DNA from: an uncultured Candidatus Saccharibacteria bacterium
GTDB lineage: Bacteria; Patescibacteriota; Minisyncoccia; Phycocordibacterales; SBAW01
Direction of reading: 5' to 3'
Length of the DNA: 64,000 nt
Assembly: GCA_964355655.1 (NCBI GenBank)
Contig: CAYHDT010000001.1
Span: 21,588-85,587 of the forward strand
Below, piece after piece: positions 1-9,395 of this stretch (its first letter is position 1; each line of letters starts with the position of its first letter). Position numbers and translations under genes: made by a program. The notes beneath the pieces are model-generated. The model was not told the DNA's origin. It worked only from the letters and a program-made list of their open reading frames with translations, and did not search any database.

Positions 1-705
1 GCCCTCAGTGGGCCACGAAAGCAGCAGTTCTGACAGCGGCATGCTGAAAATATTTTTTGCGTCCGCACCGTCCGCTCGGGCAGTGTAGCCGTTTGCGCCG
101 GAGGCCGTTTTAAGCAAGTATGCGGCGTTTGCTCCGTCAGGAGATATCGCAAAACTTGTAATGCCCGCGGGGAGAAACCGGATACGCACCGGGGAAGTGG
201 TCGTGGCATCCGCGGCGGGCAGGGCAAAGTGCACCGTTTTAACCGCGCCGACGTCAATATATTGCATTAAGACACCTCTTCCTTTTTCGCTCCACTGTAC
301 CCGCGCGATGCCGGGGATAGTGGTGTTAGAGATTGCTTTAGGCACCGCGCCCGGCGAGTCCAAAACAAGGTCGAACGCGTGCCCGTTTGTTGCCATCACA
401 AACCGGGCAATAGTCGATGTAGCCGGGCGGAAAATTTGTACGAATGTAGCGCCGGCGACGGGGCCGTCAGCTATTTTAAAAACCTTTTTGGAACTGAGAA
501 CGCCGTTTGCTGCCGACCCCGGACCGTTGGCATCCGGCAACACTGTTACCCCGGTAGTTGCGCGTATATTGCTTTGCCCGAACGGAGGCTGTTCCTGCGC
601 CGGCGCAAAATCGGGAGTATTGAAATAGGCGAGCCAAATAACAATCCCCGCCGCGACTATCCCGCCGCCGACTATTCCCGCTATTATTTTCCAGTTTGTG
701 TTCAT
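1..705 (-). CDS. Partial CDS; the gene runs off the window start, so its C-terminal part is missing. N-terminal TM anchor followed by PD40/TolB-like beta-propeller repeats (ISPDGAKAAYL-type). Not present in the supplied ORF track.
   Basis: Reverse-complement translation of 1..705 is open throughout (MNTNWKIIAGIVGGGIVAAGIVIWLAYFNTPDF...FAISPDGANAAYLLKTASGANGYTARADGADAKNIFSMPLSELLL). The ATG at 705-703 overlaps the TAA stop of the upstream pilin-like gene (TAATG). Confidence 0.55.
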   Translation of the reverse strand, partial: MNTNWKIIAGIVGGGIVAAGIVIWLAYFNTPDFAPAQEQPPFGQSNIRATTGVTVLPDANGPGSAANGVLSSKKVFKIADGPVAGATFVQIFRPATSTIARFVMATNGHAFDLVLDSPGAVPKAISNTTIPGIARVQWSEKGRGVLMQYIDVGAVKTVHFALPAADATTTSPVRIRFLPAGITSFAISPDGANAAYLLKTASGANGYTARADGADAKNIFSMPLSELLLSWPTEG

Positions 706-1694
706 TATTTTATGCAAAAGAAGGATGTTGCGCCTGAGCCGGCATCGACCGACTTAACAGAACCCGATAAGTTATCTTGGCAATTTTTCCAGAAATTTTC
801 TATCTGCTGCAATTTTTCAGGAGTTGAGCCGCCGGGTATGGTAAGACTAGGACCCGTAGCGCCCACCGGAGTTGGCGCCGCGTAAATGGCCGGGCCGGAA
901 TTATTTCCGGGTAACATAGTACGAAGTTCCTCGAGTGCGTTAAGGTTAAATTCCAAAAGTTTCGGATTTATAGTGTTGAGTATAAGCCAGCTTCCGGCCA
1001 AAAGCAGCAGTCCCCAGAGCGCGGCTTGGGCGCGGTGCTTCGCTTTTTCGATGTCGACCGCCGACTCAGATATCATATATCCGATGCCCGCGACCACTAT
1101 CATAACAACCGCAAAGAGTCCGCCGATGGTAATGAGCGCCCGGAAGATGGCGGAGACAAAAGCCGGAAAGTTGGTCCCTGTTTGGCCGCAATTGCCGCTC
1201 GGGTCTTGGCACGGCAGAGGTTCGAGCGGAACATAGTCGCACCTTCCATTTTGTTTACAAAAAGCGTTAGGATTTGACGTTTGTTGCGTCGGTGTTGATG
1301 GGGTGGCGGGCGGAGCCGTAAGTTGTTGTACGGAGGGACCACTTCCTGTAGAACCAGCAGTGCTGCAATTACTGAGATATTGACTCACAGCAGGCCCGTC
1401 GGCTCCCAAGGGATCATTAACTGTTAGTGGAGCGAGTGTTGTTCCGGGACAAGTGTAGGTAGCAGGAGTAGAGCCAACAGGAACTGAGCAGCTACCCCAT
1501 GTGAACCAGCCAGATGCGTTCCAATTTCCGCCTCGAACAGTGCAGGCAGTTTGATTATCTGCCAACGCAACTATTGGAACCAAGAGGAGTCCGGAAAATA
1601 ATAGTGAAACGAGGAGTTTTTTCATCCCGTTAGAAACCCAGCCTGCACGCAGGTTGGCAAAAATTTTCAATTTTTGGTTTCTAACGGGATTCAT
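705..1694 (-). CDS. Secreted Cys-containing protein with a C-proximal TM segment. Pilin-like, T4SS-associated hypothetical.
   Basis: Signal peptide MKKLLVSLLFSGLLLVPIVALA, Cys-rich ectodomain, TM AIFRALITIGGLFAVVMIVVAGIGYMI. ATGA overlap with the upstream gene. Sits in the VirB4 cluster. Confidence 0.5.
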   Translation of the reverse strand: MNPVRNQKLKIFANLRAGWVSNGMKKLLVSLLFSGLLLVPIVALADNQTACTVRGGNWNASGWFTWGSCSVPVGSTPATYTCPGTTLAPLTVNDPLGADGPAVSQYLSNCSTAGSTGSGPSVQQLTAPPATPSTPTQQTSNPNAFCKQNGRCDYVPLEPLPCQDPSGNCGQTGTNFPAFVSAIFRALITIGGLFAVVMIVVAGIGYMISESAVDIEKAKHRAQAALWGLLLLAGSWLILNTINPKLLEFNLNALEELRTMLPGNNSGPAIYAAPTPVGATGPSLTIPGGSTPEKLQQIENFWKNCQDNLSGSVKSVDAGSGATSFFCIK

Positions 1695-3355
1695 AGGCCG
1701 ATGAAGTTAAACAATGAGTTGCTTTGCTCTGCGCCGAATACAAGTTGGAGCGATGTTTGCGCGGATTGTACGAGCTGGTTGGGGTTGTTGTTCTGCATCG
1801 AGACCCCTATATCGGCGCTCCCGCTGCCCGATCCTGTCTGCCGCAGTGTCAATATCCCCCGGGCGCTATCGGGGCCGGTCGTCTCAGTGCCGCTGAGCGT
1901 CCACACAAACGGAATAAGCCCGGATTTTGCCGTCGCCGTCGAAAAATAAAAGGCTTCCGCTTTGATGGTTATCTCTTTAGCGGCAAGCGATATAGCCGCG
2001 GGCAGAGCCGCCTCGTACAAAATGCCCCGCAGAGCATCGTACTGGTAGAGCAGGATAAAGGGCGCCGTCGCGGGGAGAAATAGTTCGGCATGGCCGACTT
2101 TATTGACACCATAATAAACATCGACGGCAACATCTTCTCCGGGCTGCAACTGATCGCCTGTGCGGGTAAAGATATTGCGTCCAAGGCCCGACACCTCGGG
2201 GACAGGATCGCCGCGATATATCCATTGATAAGACAACGCACTGTGGGCAACACGCGCTGAGCCTGAGTACACCGTGGGAAGCGCCACTACTTTGTAGTTA
2301 GAGCCCGCGCTGTAAAGGGCTTTCCCTTGGTAGAGCAGCGGGACGGTAGTGTCCGCTTCCCAAATAAGGTTTACGCGCGAAGGGTTAAAGGTAAAAGTCC
2401 TGGTAAAGACTCCCTGGCTTGAGTCTATTGTCGCGCGCACGGTCGTTTTTTCGCCCAATGCTCCGGTGACAAAAGTGTAAGAGCGCTCCCCAATGCCTTC
2501 TTTGACCACCTTGCCGTCCTTGCTCCAGGTAATGTTGGCGCTGCCGAGGAAGGAACCAACCCCTTGTATTTCGATCGCGACGTTTTCGCGCGCGCCCGGA
2601 GCCTCGGGCGCCACGATATATTGCACCGGCGCCGGGACGGTTTGCGCATGTACTTGCTTTGCCGGCAGGCAGGCCTGGATTCCGAACATCAGCAACAACG
2701 CCAATGCGGCGCCTCTTGCCGCGGGGCGGATATCATTAAAGCGACCGGCCAGGAGCGGCGCGCGTGAACGCTCTTTAGTTTGGATTTCTTTTTCCAACGC
2801 GACGGCGGGGGCAAAGCGGCGCTGTGCGGAGACTCCGGCAATATGTTTCAGCCCCCCCGGCCCTTTCCCGCGCGCGGTTACGAACGAAAGCGCTTGGCCG
2901 AACGTCCCCGCCGGAGCACTTTCCTCTTTTTGCTTTTCCCGGATGCACTTCCATACCATGTTGGTCCATATCGGGAGAAAGCCGAAGAAAGGCATTATCT
3001 CGCCGAGCATTCTTGGAATGATAACGCGCGGGTAGAACATGCCGTTCATGGCGAGCATCATAATAATGACGGCGCCGATGGTAATGCTGAGCGCCGTATC
3101 AACCGCGGCCCCCAGCGGTATGGCAAAGGCGCTCATGCCGGCGCCTATCAAAGCTCCTCCAATCGCGCATTTTGCGCCGGCAACAAGAGCGGCTATAGTG
3201 CCGGTCGTAGCGTTATAGCAATATGTTGCGCCGAGCGCGGCTCCCGAAAGACCTCCGCCTACCGGTGTTGCAAATTGAAGCGCGATAAAAGCCATGCCGA
3301 TAAAGAACTGGATGAAGTCGAGTATGGCCGCGGGGATAAGGTAGAAGTACCGCAT
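1691..3355 (-). CDS. Polytopic membrane protein with a large extracytoplasmic C-terminal domain (T4SS cluster member).
   Basis: Start reassigned to MRYFYLIPAAILDF (ATG at 3355) with a GGAGG RBS, 1 nt after the VirB4 stop. Three to four N-terminal TM helices are followed by an internal signal-peptide-like segment (ALALLLMFGIQACLPAKQVHAQ) and then about 320 aa of soluble domain. Confidence 0.55.
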   Translation of the reverse strand: MRYFYLIPAAILDFIQFFIGMAFIALQFATPVGGGLSGAALGATYCYNATTGTIAALVAGAKCAIGGALIGAGMSAFAIPLGAAVDTALSITIGAVIIMMLAMNGMFYPRVIIPRMLGEIMPFFGFLPIWTNMVWKCIREKQKEESAPAGTFGQALSFVTARGKGPGGLKHIAGVSAQRRFAPAVALEKEIQTKERSRAPLLAGRFNDIRPAARGAALALLLMFGIQACLPAKQVHAQTVPAPVQYIVAPEAPGARENVAIEIQGVGSFLGSANITWSKDGKVVKEGIGERSYTFVTGALGEKTTVRATIDSSQGVFTRTFTFNPSRVNLIWEADTTVPLLYQGKALYSAGSNYKVVALPTVYSGSARVAHSALSYQWIYRGDPVPEVSGLGRNIFTRTGDQLQPGEDVAVDVYYGVNKVGHAELFLPATAPFILLYQYDALRGILYEAALPAAISLAAKEITIKAEAFYFSTATAKSGLIPFVWTLSGTETTGPDSARGILTLRQTGSGSGSADIGVSMQNNNPNQLVQSAQTSLQLVFGAEQSNSLFNFIGL

Positions 3356-3356
3356 A

Positions 3357-5165
3357 TTATTGGGCCGCCTCCGCCTTTTTTTGGCGCAGGGCAAGGACTT
3401 GGGACGGGTCGGAAGTGATTATTTGGTCTTCGGTGTAGGAGGCTATTACTTTTATGGCAACATGCTTAAGGCCTGCGAAGAAGATTCCCTCCCCCACATC
3501 GGACTCAAGGAGCAAAAACTTCTCTTCGTCCGATAAGTTAAAAGTTTTCTGCAGATTGTCTATGGTAGTCGGCGACTGTTTAAGGAGTATCTGGATACTG
3601 GAGTTGGTAATCATCGGCAATCCGTACGGTGACTTCAAAAAGTCATCTACGTCTTGCGTGATGGTGGCAAGTCCTAAGTAGTATTTGCGGCCGCGCTTGG
3701 CCATCGAGTACAGGAAGCTCGCGGTGTCGTCCGACTTCATCATCCACCACGCCTCATCGATGACGAGTAGGCGTTTTTTAAGATTTTTGCGCACCGCGTT
3801 CCAGATGTAGTGCGTAATAAGGTACATTGCCACCGGCTTCAGGTCGTCTTCCATGTCGCGGACGGAAAAGACGACAAATTTTTTGTTTATATCGACGTTG
3901 GTCGGTTGGTTGATAAAGCCCGACCATGTGCCCTTGGTGTACTTGCTGAGGCGCTGCACCAGGGACTCCGAGCCCTGCAAGCCCGCGAGCACCAGCTCGA
4001 AGTCGGAAAGGAGCGGCGGCTCCACCTCGGCAAAGTTGCTGTCGATGGTAATGTCTTTAAGCGCGTATGTTTCGGTAATGGCGCGGTCAATAATGGCATC
4101 TTCTTCGGGTGTGAGCCCCCCGAGCATAATGCGGAACATTCCTACCAGCGCCACGATATTGGAGCGCAGAATATCGGCCGGCGACTCGTCTTCGCGCGGG
4201 ACAGCCAAGTCAAACGGGTTGATATGATTTTCCGAGTTGAGAGAAATGTTGAAGTATCGCCCGCCGACCGTTTGCGCCAAAAACTCGTACTCGCGCTCCG
4301 GGTCGATGACGATAACCTCGGTATCAAACATCAATGTGCGCAAGATTTCCAGCTTGGTGGCGTATGACTTGCCGGAACCGGACTTGGCAAAGATGACGGA
4401 GTTATAGTTCTCGAGACTGAAGCGGTCAAACAGCACCAGAGAAGCGTTGTGTCGGTTGACGCCGTAGAGTATGCCTTTGTCTGAAGTAAGGTCAAAAGAC
4501 ACGAACGGGAAGATGCTTGAAAGCGGGCTTGAGTTGAGTTTGGAGTTAACCTTCAACTCGTCGTGGCCGAGCGGGAGCACAGACTTAAAGCCCTGCTCCT
4601 GTTGGAAGAGCGCGGGTTTGACGTATACGAGGCGCGACTCCAGCATGGACTTTATTTCGCTCTCGGCTTTGTCCAACTCTTCGACCGAGGCGCCGTAGAT
4701 AGTAATGTAGACGCCGACGTCAAAAAGCTTTTCCTGCGCCTGCTGGAGCTGGTCGCGCAATGACTCCAGGTCTTGGTAGGCGGTGTCGAGTATCGGGTCG
4801 CGCACGAGGCCCTTCTCCTCCCGGGACATTATCTGGCTCTGCACCTCGGCCACCTTTTTTTGGAACTTTTTAAGTATCTCGGCGGAGTCTATCGGGTGGA
4901 TAAAGATAGAAATATCGAGCACGCGGTCGAGGTTGATGATGGGAGAGAACCACGAGTCGGTCAGGACTCTCGGGTAGGACATCACAAAAAACGTGCGCGC
5001 TATCTTGTCGCCGAGGTTTATCTCGCGGGGAGTTATTTTAAGCGCCGACGGGGCGATGACGTCCTGCAGCTCGAGTACCCCCTCTTTATATATTTGTTCG
5101 GGGAGTATAGACGCCATCGGCGCTAAGGTCTCTTTTTTTGGTTTTAGAAAATCTAAGAGTGCCAT
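3357..5165 (-). CDS. virB4: VirB4/TrbE/CagE-family type IV secretion ATPase.
   Basis: Walker A FAKSGSGKSY, Walker B LLVIDEAWWMM, 602 aa, typical VirB4 C-terminal ATPase architecture. Confidence 0.9.
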   Translation of the reverse strand: MALLDFLKPKKETLAPMASILPEQIYKEGVLELQDVIAPSALKITPREINLGDKIARTFFVMSYPRVLTDSWFSPIINLDRVLDISIFIHPIDSAEILKKFQKKVAEVQSQIMSREEKGLVRDPILDTAYQDLESLRDQLQQAQEKLFDVGVYITIYGASVEELDKAESEIKSMLESRLVYVKPALFQQEQGFKSVLPLGHDELKVNSKLNSSPLSSIFPFVSFDLTSDKGILYGVNRHNASLVLFDRFSLENYNSVIFAKSGSGKSYATKLEILRTLMFDTEVIVIDPEREYEFLAQTVGGRYFNISLNSENHINPFDLAVPREDESPADILRSNIVALVGMFRIMLGGLTPEEDAIIDRAITETYALKDITIDSNFAEVEPPLLSDFELVLAGLQGSESLVQRLSKYTKGTWSGFINQPTNVDINKKFVVFSVRDMEDDLKPVAMYLITHYIWNAVRKNLKKRLLVIDEAWWMMKSDDTASFLYSMAKRGRKYYLGLATITQDVDDFLKSPYGLPMITNSSIQILLKQSPTTIDNLQKTFNLSDEEKFLLLESDVGEGIFFAGLKHVAIKVIASYTEDQIITSDPSQVLALRQKKAEAAQ

Positions 5166-5271
5166 ATATATAGTTTAAGCTCCAAATCTCAAGCTCCAAA
5201 TCTCAAACAAGCTCCAATGTTTAAACTTTAGAAATTTAGGATTTTTCATTTTGTTTGTAATTTGAGGTTTG
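5166..5271. repeat. Intergenic AT-rich inverted-repeat element between virB4 and the upstream gene.
   Basis: AAGCTCCAAATCTCAAACAAGCTCC paired with its imperfect reverse complement AAGCTCCAAATAACAAACCTCAAATTA. There are also direct AAGCTCCAA(A)T repeats. Confidence 0.6.
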
Positions 5272-5931
5272 TTATTTGGAGCTTAGTTGTTCTACCTGCA
5301 GCGGCTTCTCCAGCTCGCCGGGGTTAAACAATTTGTAGAACAGCTCTATCACTTCTTCGGTGCCGAGCTTGACCACGCGCACCCCCGTGCGCACGAGCCC
5401 CTGCTCTATAACACTGACGCGCTGTTCGAGCTGAGTACGGTACTGCTCAAATTGCTCGTCATTTAAAGCGCCGGCGCCCTTGCCACTGCCGGGCAGCAGC
5501 GAGCCGAACATTCCTCCGCTGCGGTTAGCCAGCGCCGGGTCGTACGGCACGACAATAAAAAAGTTTTTTGTCATGATATTGGCGCGTTCGGTAAAATCTT
5601 TAATAAACGCCATGTACTCGCGTATCTGTATCTTCATCAACTCGTCGAGCTCCTTGGAGTATCGGTCCTGCAGGAGCGCGATGTAGGGGCGGATGTCGAG
5701 GTCGCGGCTTTGGATAAAAAATTCCACGGTAAACTCCAGTGAGTTAAGGAAGTTTTGGAACTGCCCGATGATGGCCTGCTGTTCGTCCTGGGACTTCAGC
5801 GCCAAGTTGATGCTCGAGGCCATTAGCAATACGCGCAACGAGCCGTCTTTAAGTATGATAACGCCGTCGCGCACTTCTTTAATAGGCACGAACTCCTGCG
5901 TCGCTTTAGATTTAATTTTTTGCTGGGGCAT
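5272..5931 (-). CDS. Hypothetical T4SS-associated protein, possibly a split VirB4 N-terminal domain.
   Basis: 219 aa soluble protein encoded between the PrgI/VirB3-like gene and virB4. The gene order VirB3-like, this ORF, VirB4 is an inference from synteny. Confidence 0.55.
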   Translation of the reverse strand: MPQQKIKSKATQEFVPIKEVRDGVIILKDGSLRVLLMASSINLALKSQDEQQAIIGQFQNFLNSLEFTVEFFIQSRDLDIRPYIALLQDRYSKELDELMKIQIREYMAFIKDFTERANIMTKNFFIVVPYDPALANRSGGMFGSLLPGSGKGAGALNDEQFEQYRTQLEQRVSVIEQGLVRTGVRVVKLGTEEVIELFYKLFNPGELEKPLQVEQLSSK

Positions 5932-6015
5932 AAAATTAACAAGTACAATACATACAACCAGAACAACAAGTACGATATTTTTTTATTGTATTTATTGTTT
6001 TCATTGTACTCGTTG
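5932..6015. repeat. Intergenic AT-rich inverted-repeat element. Paralog of 6466..6563.
   Basis: ACAACCAGAACAACAAGTACGATAT ... GTACTCGTTGTT, shared with the next spacer. Confidence 0.6.
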
Positions 6016-6465
6016 TTATATCTCGAATCCGCTGCGCTCGGCCGCAGTGACGCCCATTTGTGTACGGTCTTTTATGTTGAGCGACCAGGACAGGTCGCGG
6101 AGCTTGCTTTCGGACAGCTTTGGCACCGGCAGGTTTGATGGTTTTGCGGCCGGTACCGCCTTGCCTGCGGCGGGCACCCCTTCTTTATGGACTTTCCACA
6201 AGTAGAGTTTGCTCCCGAAAAAGTAGCCGGTCGCGTGCTCGACCGCGTGTATGAGCGGGCGGCCGTTTATCTCAAAAAAAGCGAGTCCGGCCGAAAAGGC
6301 CAGGACCGGGATGCCGAGGAGCACCGTTAGATACAGCGGCAGGAGCGTAAACATCAGCAGGCACAGGCCTCCCCCGCCGGCCAGCCAGATAAACTGCTTG
6401 AGCGTCAGCGGCCCGAAGATTTTATCCTCCACCTCGATAAATTGAGGAACCTGATACTGAGCCAT
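6016..6465 (-). CDS. PrgI/VirB3-like small membrane protein.
   Basis: N-terminus MAQYQVPQFIEVEDKIFGPLTLKQFIWL followed by two TM helices, located upstream of VirB4, as is typical of Gram-positive-type T4SS. Confidence 0.6.
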   Translation of the reverse strand: MAQYQVPQFIEVEDKIFGPLTLKQFIWLAGGGGLCLLMFTLLPLYLTVLLGIPVLAFSAGLAFFEINGRPLIHAVEHATGYFFGSKLYLWKVHKEGVPAAGKAVPAAKPSNLPVPKLSESKLRDLSWSLNIKDRTQMGVTAAERSGFEI

Positions 6466-6563
6466 CGCTATTAAGTATACAACCAGTACGACAAGTACGA
6501 TAAATACAATATAGGACAGCCTGAACTTCTTTGTACCTGTTGTTTATTGTACTTGTTGTTCTG
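6466..6563. repeat. Intergenic AT-rich inverted-repeat element. Paralog of 5932..6015.
   Basis: ACAACCAGTACGACAAGTACGATAAAT ... ATTGTACTTGTTGT. Confidence 0.6.
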
Positions 6564-7196
6564 TTACTCTGCTGGTTCGCGGTACGGGTCTGCGGTGTAA
6601 GGTTTTGGCGCAATTGGCGCAGCCGGAGAAGGGTTTGTTATTTGTGCCGGCGCCGTGCTGACAGTCTTTTGGGTCAGTATCATATCCGCAGGGTGGGGTG
6701 TGATGATTTTGGGGGCAGGAACCATAGGTTTTGGCGGTAAAGGCGCAGGGACAGGCGGCAATTTAGGTTGTGCCGGAGGAACTATCGGAGGTACAGGTGT
6801 GGAAATTTTGACGGACGCAGGGGCGATCGCCGGTCTGGTCACTTGAGCCGGGCTTGGCACAACTTTCTGTTTCTGGTAAGTTTTTTTCATCACCTCGCGT
6901 ATTTTTATAAACAAAAGATCATTTAAATCTCGAGCTATTGCATCCGCCTTGGTTGAATCGATACCCATGGTTTCTGCCAATACTGCTTGGAAGTCAGCGG
7001 TGTCGGTAAAACCAAGCATAACTGCGCTTGTTTCGTCCTCGAGCACCCCCGTTTGATCTAAATGGAGTTGGTATTTTTGAGCTATTTGTCGGATGGTCAT
7101 GAGCATCTCCGAGCTATATAACAGATATTTTATTTCCGGCGGCAAGGAATCATAGCGGGCTTTTGCTTCTTGAGGTGTGTAAGTTTTTTTTGTCAT
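6564..7196 (-). CDS. Hypothetical protein with a Pro-rich C-terminal half.
   Basis: 210 aa. N-terminal globular region, then a PxxP-rich tail (PVPPIVPPAQPKLPPVPAPLPPKPMVPAP). Confidence 0.55.
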   Translation of the reverse strand: MTKKTYTPQEAKARYDSLPPEIKYLLYSSEMLMTIRQIAQKYQLHLDQTGVLEDETSAVMLGFTDTADFQAVLAETMGIDSTKADAIARDLNDLLFIKIREVMKKTYQKQKVVPSPAQVTRPAIAPASVKISTPVPPIVPPAQPKLPPVPAPLPPKPMVPAPKIITPHPADMILTQKTVSTAPAQITNPSPAAPIAPKPYTADPYREPAE

Positions 7197-7202
7197 ACTT
7201 AC

Positions 7203-9395
7203 TTATACTTTTGGACTAATAATCTCTGCTTTATTTGTTTTTTCGATTTTCTTTTCAAGCTCTTTCACATGAGTGAGTCCATCATTTACTGTTTGTCTGG
7301 TTGCAGACAAAGTCGCCATGGTGGACGTGTCTCGGGCAAGTCGTGCGTCCTCAAATTGTTTGGTGACTTCTTTCAGTTTTGTTCCGAGTCCATCCTTTAG
7401 GTCTTTAATATTGGCATCCTTTATTGTAATGCCTGCCGCTAGCGTAGAGGTAAGAGTTGGAATTCCTCCCAGTTTTGTATTGATGTCTCGCAAAAGTTCA
7501 ATTTCTTTTTGCGCTTGGCGTACCATAGCGTGAGGAGAGTGGTTTTCATAATTGGCGTGCGCTTCATCTTTTTGTTGCTCATTCATTTTTTCGAGATCGC
7601 TCATTATCTTGCTCTGGCTTTCGGTAAAGATATGAGATAGGGTTTTTATGTGGTCGGCATCCAAGGTTCCCATTTGACGTTTATCCAGCGCTTGTAAACG
7701 CCCAAGGTCTGTTGCGTCAATACCTTTTTCAGCTTTATCGCCTGCGGCGATATTCCTTTCAATAATAGGCTTTATTTTTGAAGATAACTCACGATTCTCG
7801 ACGTCTCGTAGGTTGTTGCCCATCTCTTTGTTGCGGGTATCAAGGAACTCTTTTCGCACTTTGTAAGACGAAGCAACGGTTCCCAAAGACGTTTCAGTCA
7901 TGGGTTTAAGCACATTTTTGTTGAGCCGGTATCCTACCGTGCCCAGAGCTTTGCCCCATAGAGTTGAGCGATCGTTTGCCCATCTGCTGCCGGCTACACC
8001 CTTGCTGGCCGCATTTGCAAGTCGGCCACCCGTCTGACGGTATGCAGCGCCGGCAGCCCAGCCAGGGCCCCATTTGGCAGCAGATTTGCCGGCATTAAAT
8101 ACTCCACCACTGACAGTAGAGGCGATACTGCTTCCCTCTTTGACCACCCAGTCCGAAACCTTAAGCGCCACGTACATAAGCGCGATGATGAACCCCATGC
8201 GGATAAACACCGCCGCTATCGTACCCATCGAGGCTATTTCAGAGCCTCCGGCTGTGGCATTCCCCGCAGTGTTGGCGATGGCGTTCATAAGGCTGGTGCT
8301 GGCGCCGCCGGTGGTTCCTCCGGAGAGTATATCTCCCGAAAACCGGGTGAGAATAAGGAACATAAAGAGGAATATCGCCGGGTAGGCCGAAAATTCGATT
8401 AGCTTCCTCAACCATTGATGAAAAAAGTGCGCGGTCTGTGGCATCGTGCGTGCCACAAAAGCCAACGGCGAGGCTATAAGCAAAAACCACAGTCCCACGA
8501 TACGGAGCAAAAATTTGATTCCCACCTGTACAAAAATGAAGAAGAGCATCCACAACATGACCGCAACCGACAGATAAATGACGGTAAAGGTCCCCAGCGC
8601 TGCCCATGCTCCGCTGGAGAAGACAGATTGGTTTCCGCCTATTTGGTCGAACATTTGCTTGCTAAGCAACACCTGCGGGCCTACGGCCCCCATGATAGAG
8701 GTGCTTAGGTCTTTGACGCCGTTTATCTGCACTATTTTCCCGTCCGTCCCCGTCCCGGCGGGTATCGCATTATAAAATTGGAGAGCCAGGATGTTGCCGG
8801 TGTCTATCGCCACCCGGGTAAAAAAGAAGCTAAAGTTGACCAGGAGCGCGACAAGGACCACGACCGCAAGCGTTTTTATTGTCCCCGCGGTTTCCGCCTC
8901 TAGCATGACCATTACGGCGATGTAGATAAGGATAAAAATGAACGTCATGTTGGCGATATCGCGCACGGTCTCCCACCCTTTTGACAGGAAGTCCAGCGCG
9001 TAGGCGGTGCTGTTGAGCGACAGTTGTATGACGATGCTGAAAAAGTAGGCACCAATGTAGGCGACTTTGGTGGCCAGCATGGGCCCGACGTAGTACATAA
9101 GCACCGTAAGGCATTGCGTAATGCCGTTGCACTCAATTTGGGTAGAAGGTTCTTTGAAAGAGTTTTTAATAGCCTCTCCGGCTATATAACCAGTCGCCGA
9201 CCCGAGTAGTGGTACTGCATGAGCTTTTGGCGCACCAATAGGTGCCATGCTCGCTAAAAGCATCGCGAGCACAATACCGGGGATTATTTTTTTACTTAAA
9301 CGCATTGCATTGTTGGAGCTCGTCGGCGGTTTGTTGGTTGCGCGAGGCAAGCGCGCTTTGGAGCGTTGTCCGGTCTTGTGTCGCGTTGGTAACAT
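7203..9395 (-). CDS. VirB6/TrbL-like polytopic membrane protein with a long C-terminal coiled-coil/charged domain.
   Basis: At least 6 TM helices over about 400 aa, then a Lys/Glu-rich helical tail. An alternative start at 9305 (MRLSKKIIPGIV) is possible. Confidence 0.6.
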   Translation of the reverse strand: MLPTRHKTGQRSKARLPRATNKPPTSSNNAMRLSKKIIPGIVLAMLLASMAPIGAPKAHAVPLLGSATGYIAGEAIKNSFKEPSTQIECNGITQCLTVLMYYVGPMLATKVAYIGAYFFSIVIQLSLNSTAYALDFLSKGWETVRDIANMTFIFILIYIAVMVMLEAETAGTIKTLAVVVLVALLVNFSFFFTRVAIDTGNILALQFYNAIPAGTGTDGKIVQINGVKDLSTSIMGAVGPQVLLSKQMFDQIGGNQSVFSSGAWAALGTFTVIYLSVAVMLWMLFFIFVQVGIKFLLRIVGLWFLLIASPLAFVARTMPQTAHFFHQWLRKLIEFSAYPAIFLFMFLILTRFSGDILSGGTTGGASTSLMNAIANTAGNATAGGSEIASMGTIAAVFIRMGFIIALMYVALKVSDWVVKEGSSIASTVSGGVFNAGKSAAKWGPGWAAGAAYRQTGGRLANAASKGVAGSRWANDRSTLWGKALGTVGYRLNKNVLKPMTETSLGTVASSYKVRKEFLDTRNKEMGNNLRDVENRELSSKIKPIIERNIAAGDKAEKGIDATDLGRLQALDKRQMGTLDADHIKTLSHIFTESQSKIMSDLEKMNEQQKDEAHANYENHSPHAMVRQAQKEIELLRDINTKLGGIPTLTSTLAAGITIKDANIKDLKDGLGTKLKEVTKQFEDARLARDTSTMATLSATRQTVNDGLTHVKELEKKIEKTNKAEIISPKV

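Noticed and set aside
161-885. Plus-strand ORFs 161..628 and 379..885 from the track
   Set aside because: They are antisense to a clean minus-strand coding frame (1..705). Their products are Cys/Arg-rich and not protein-like.
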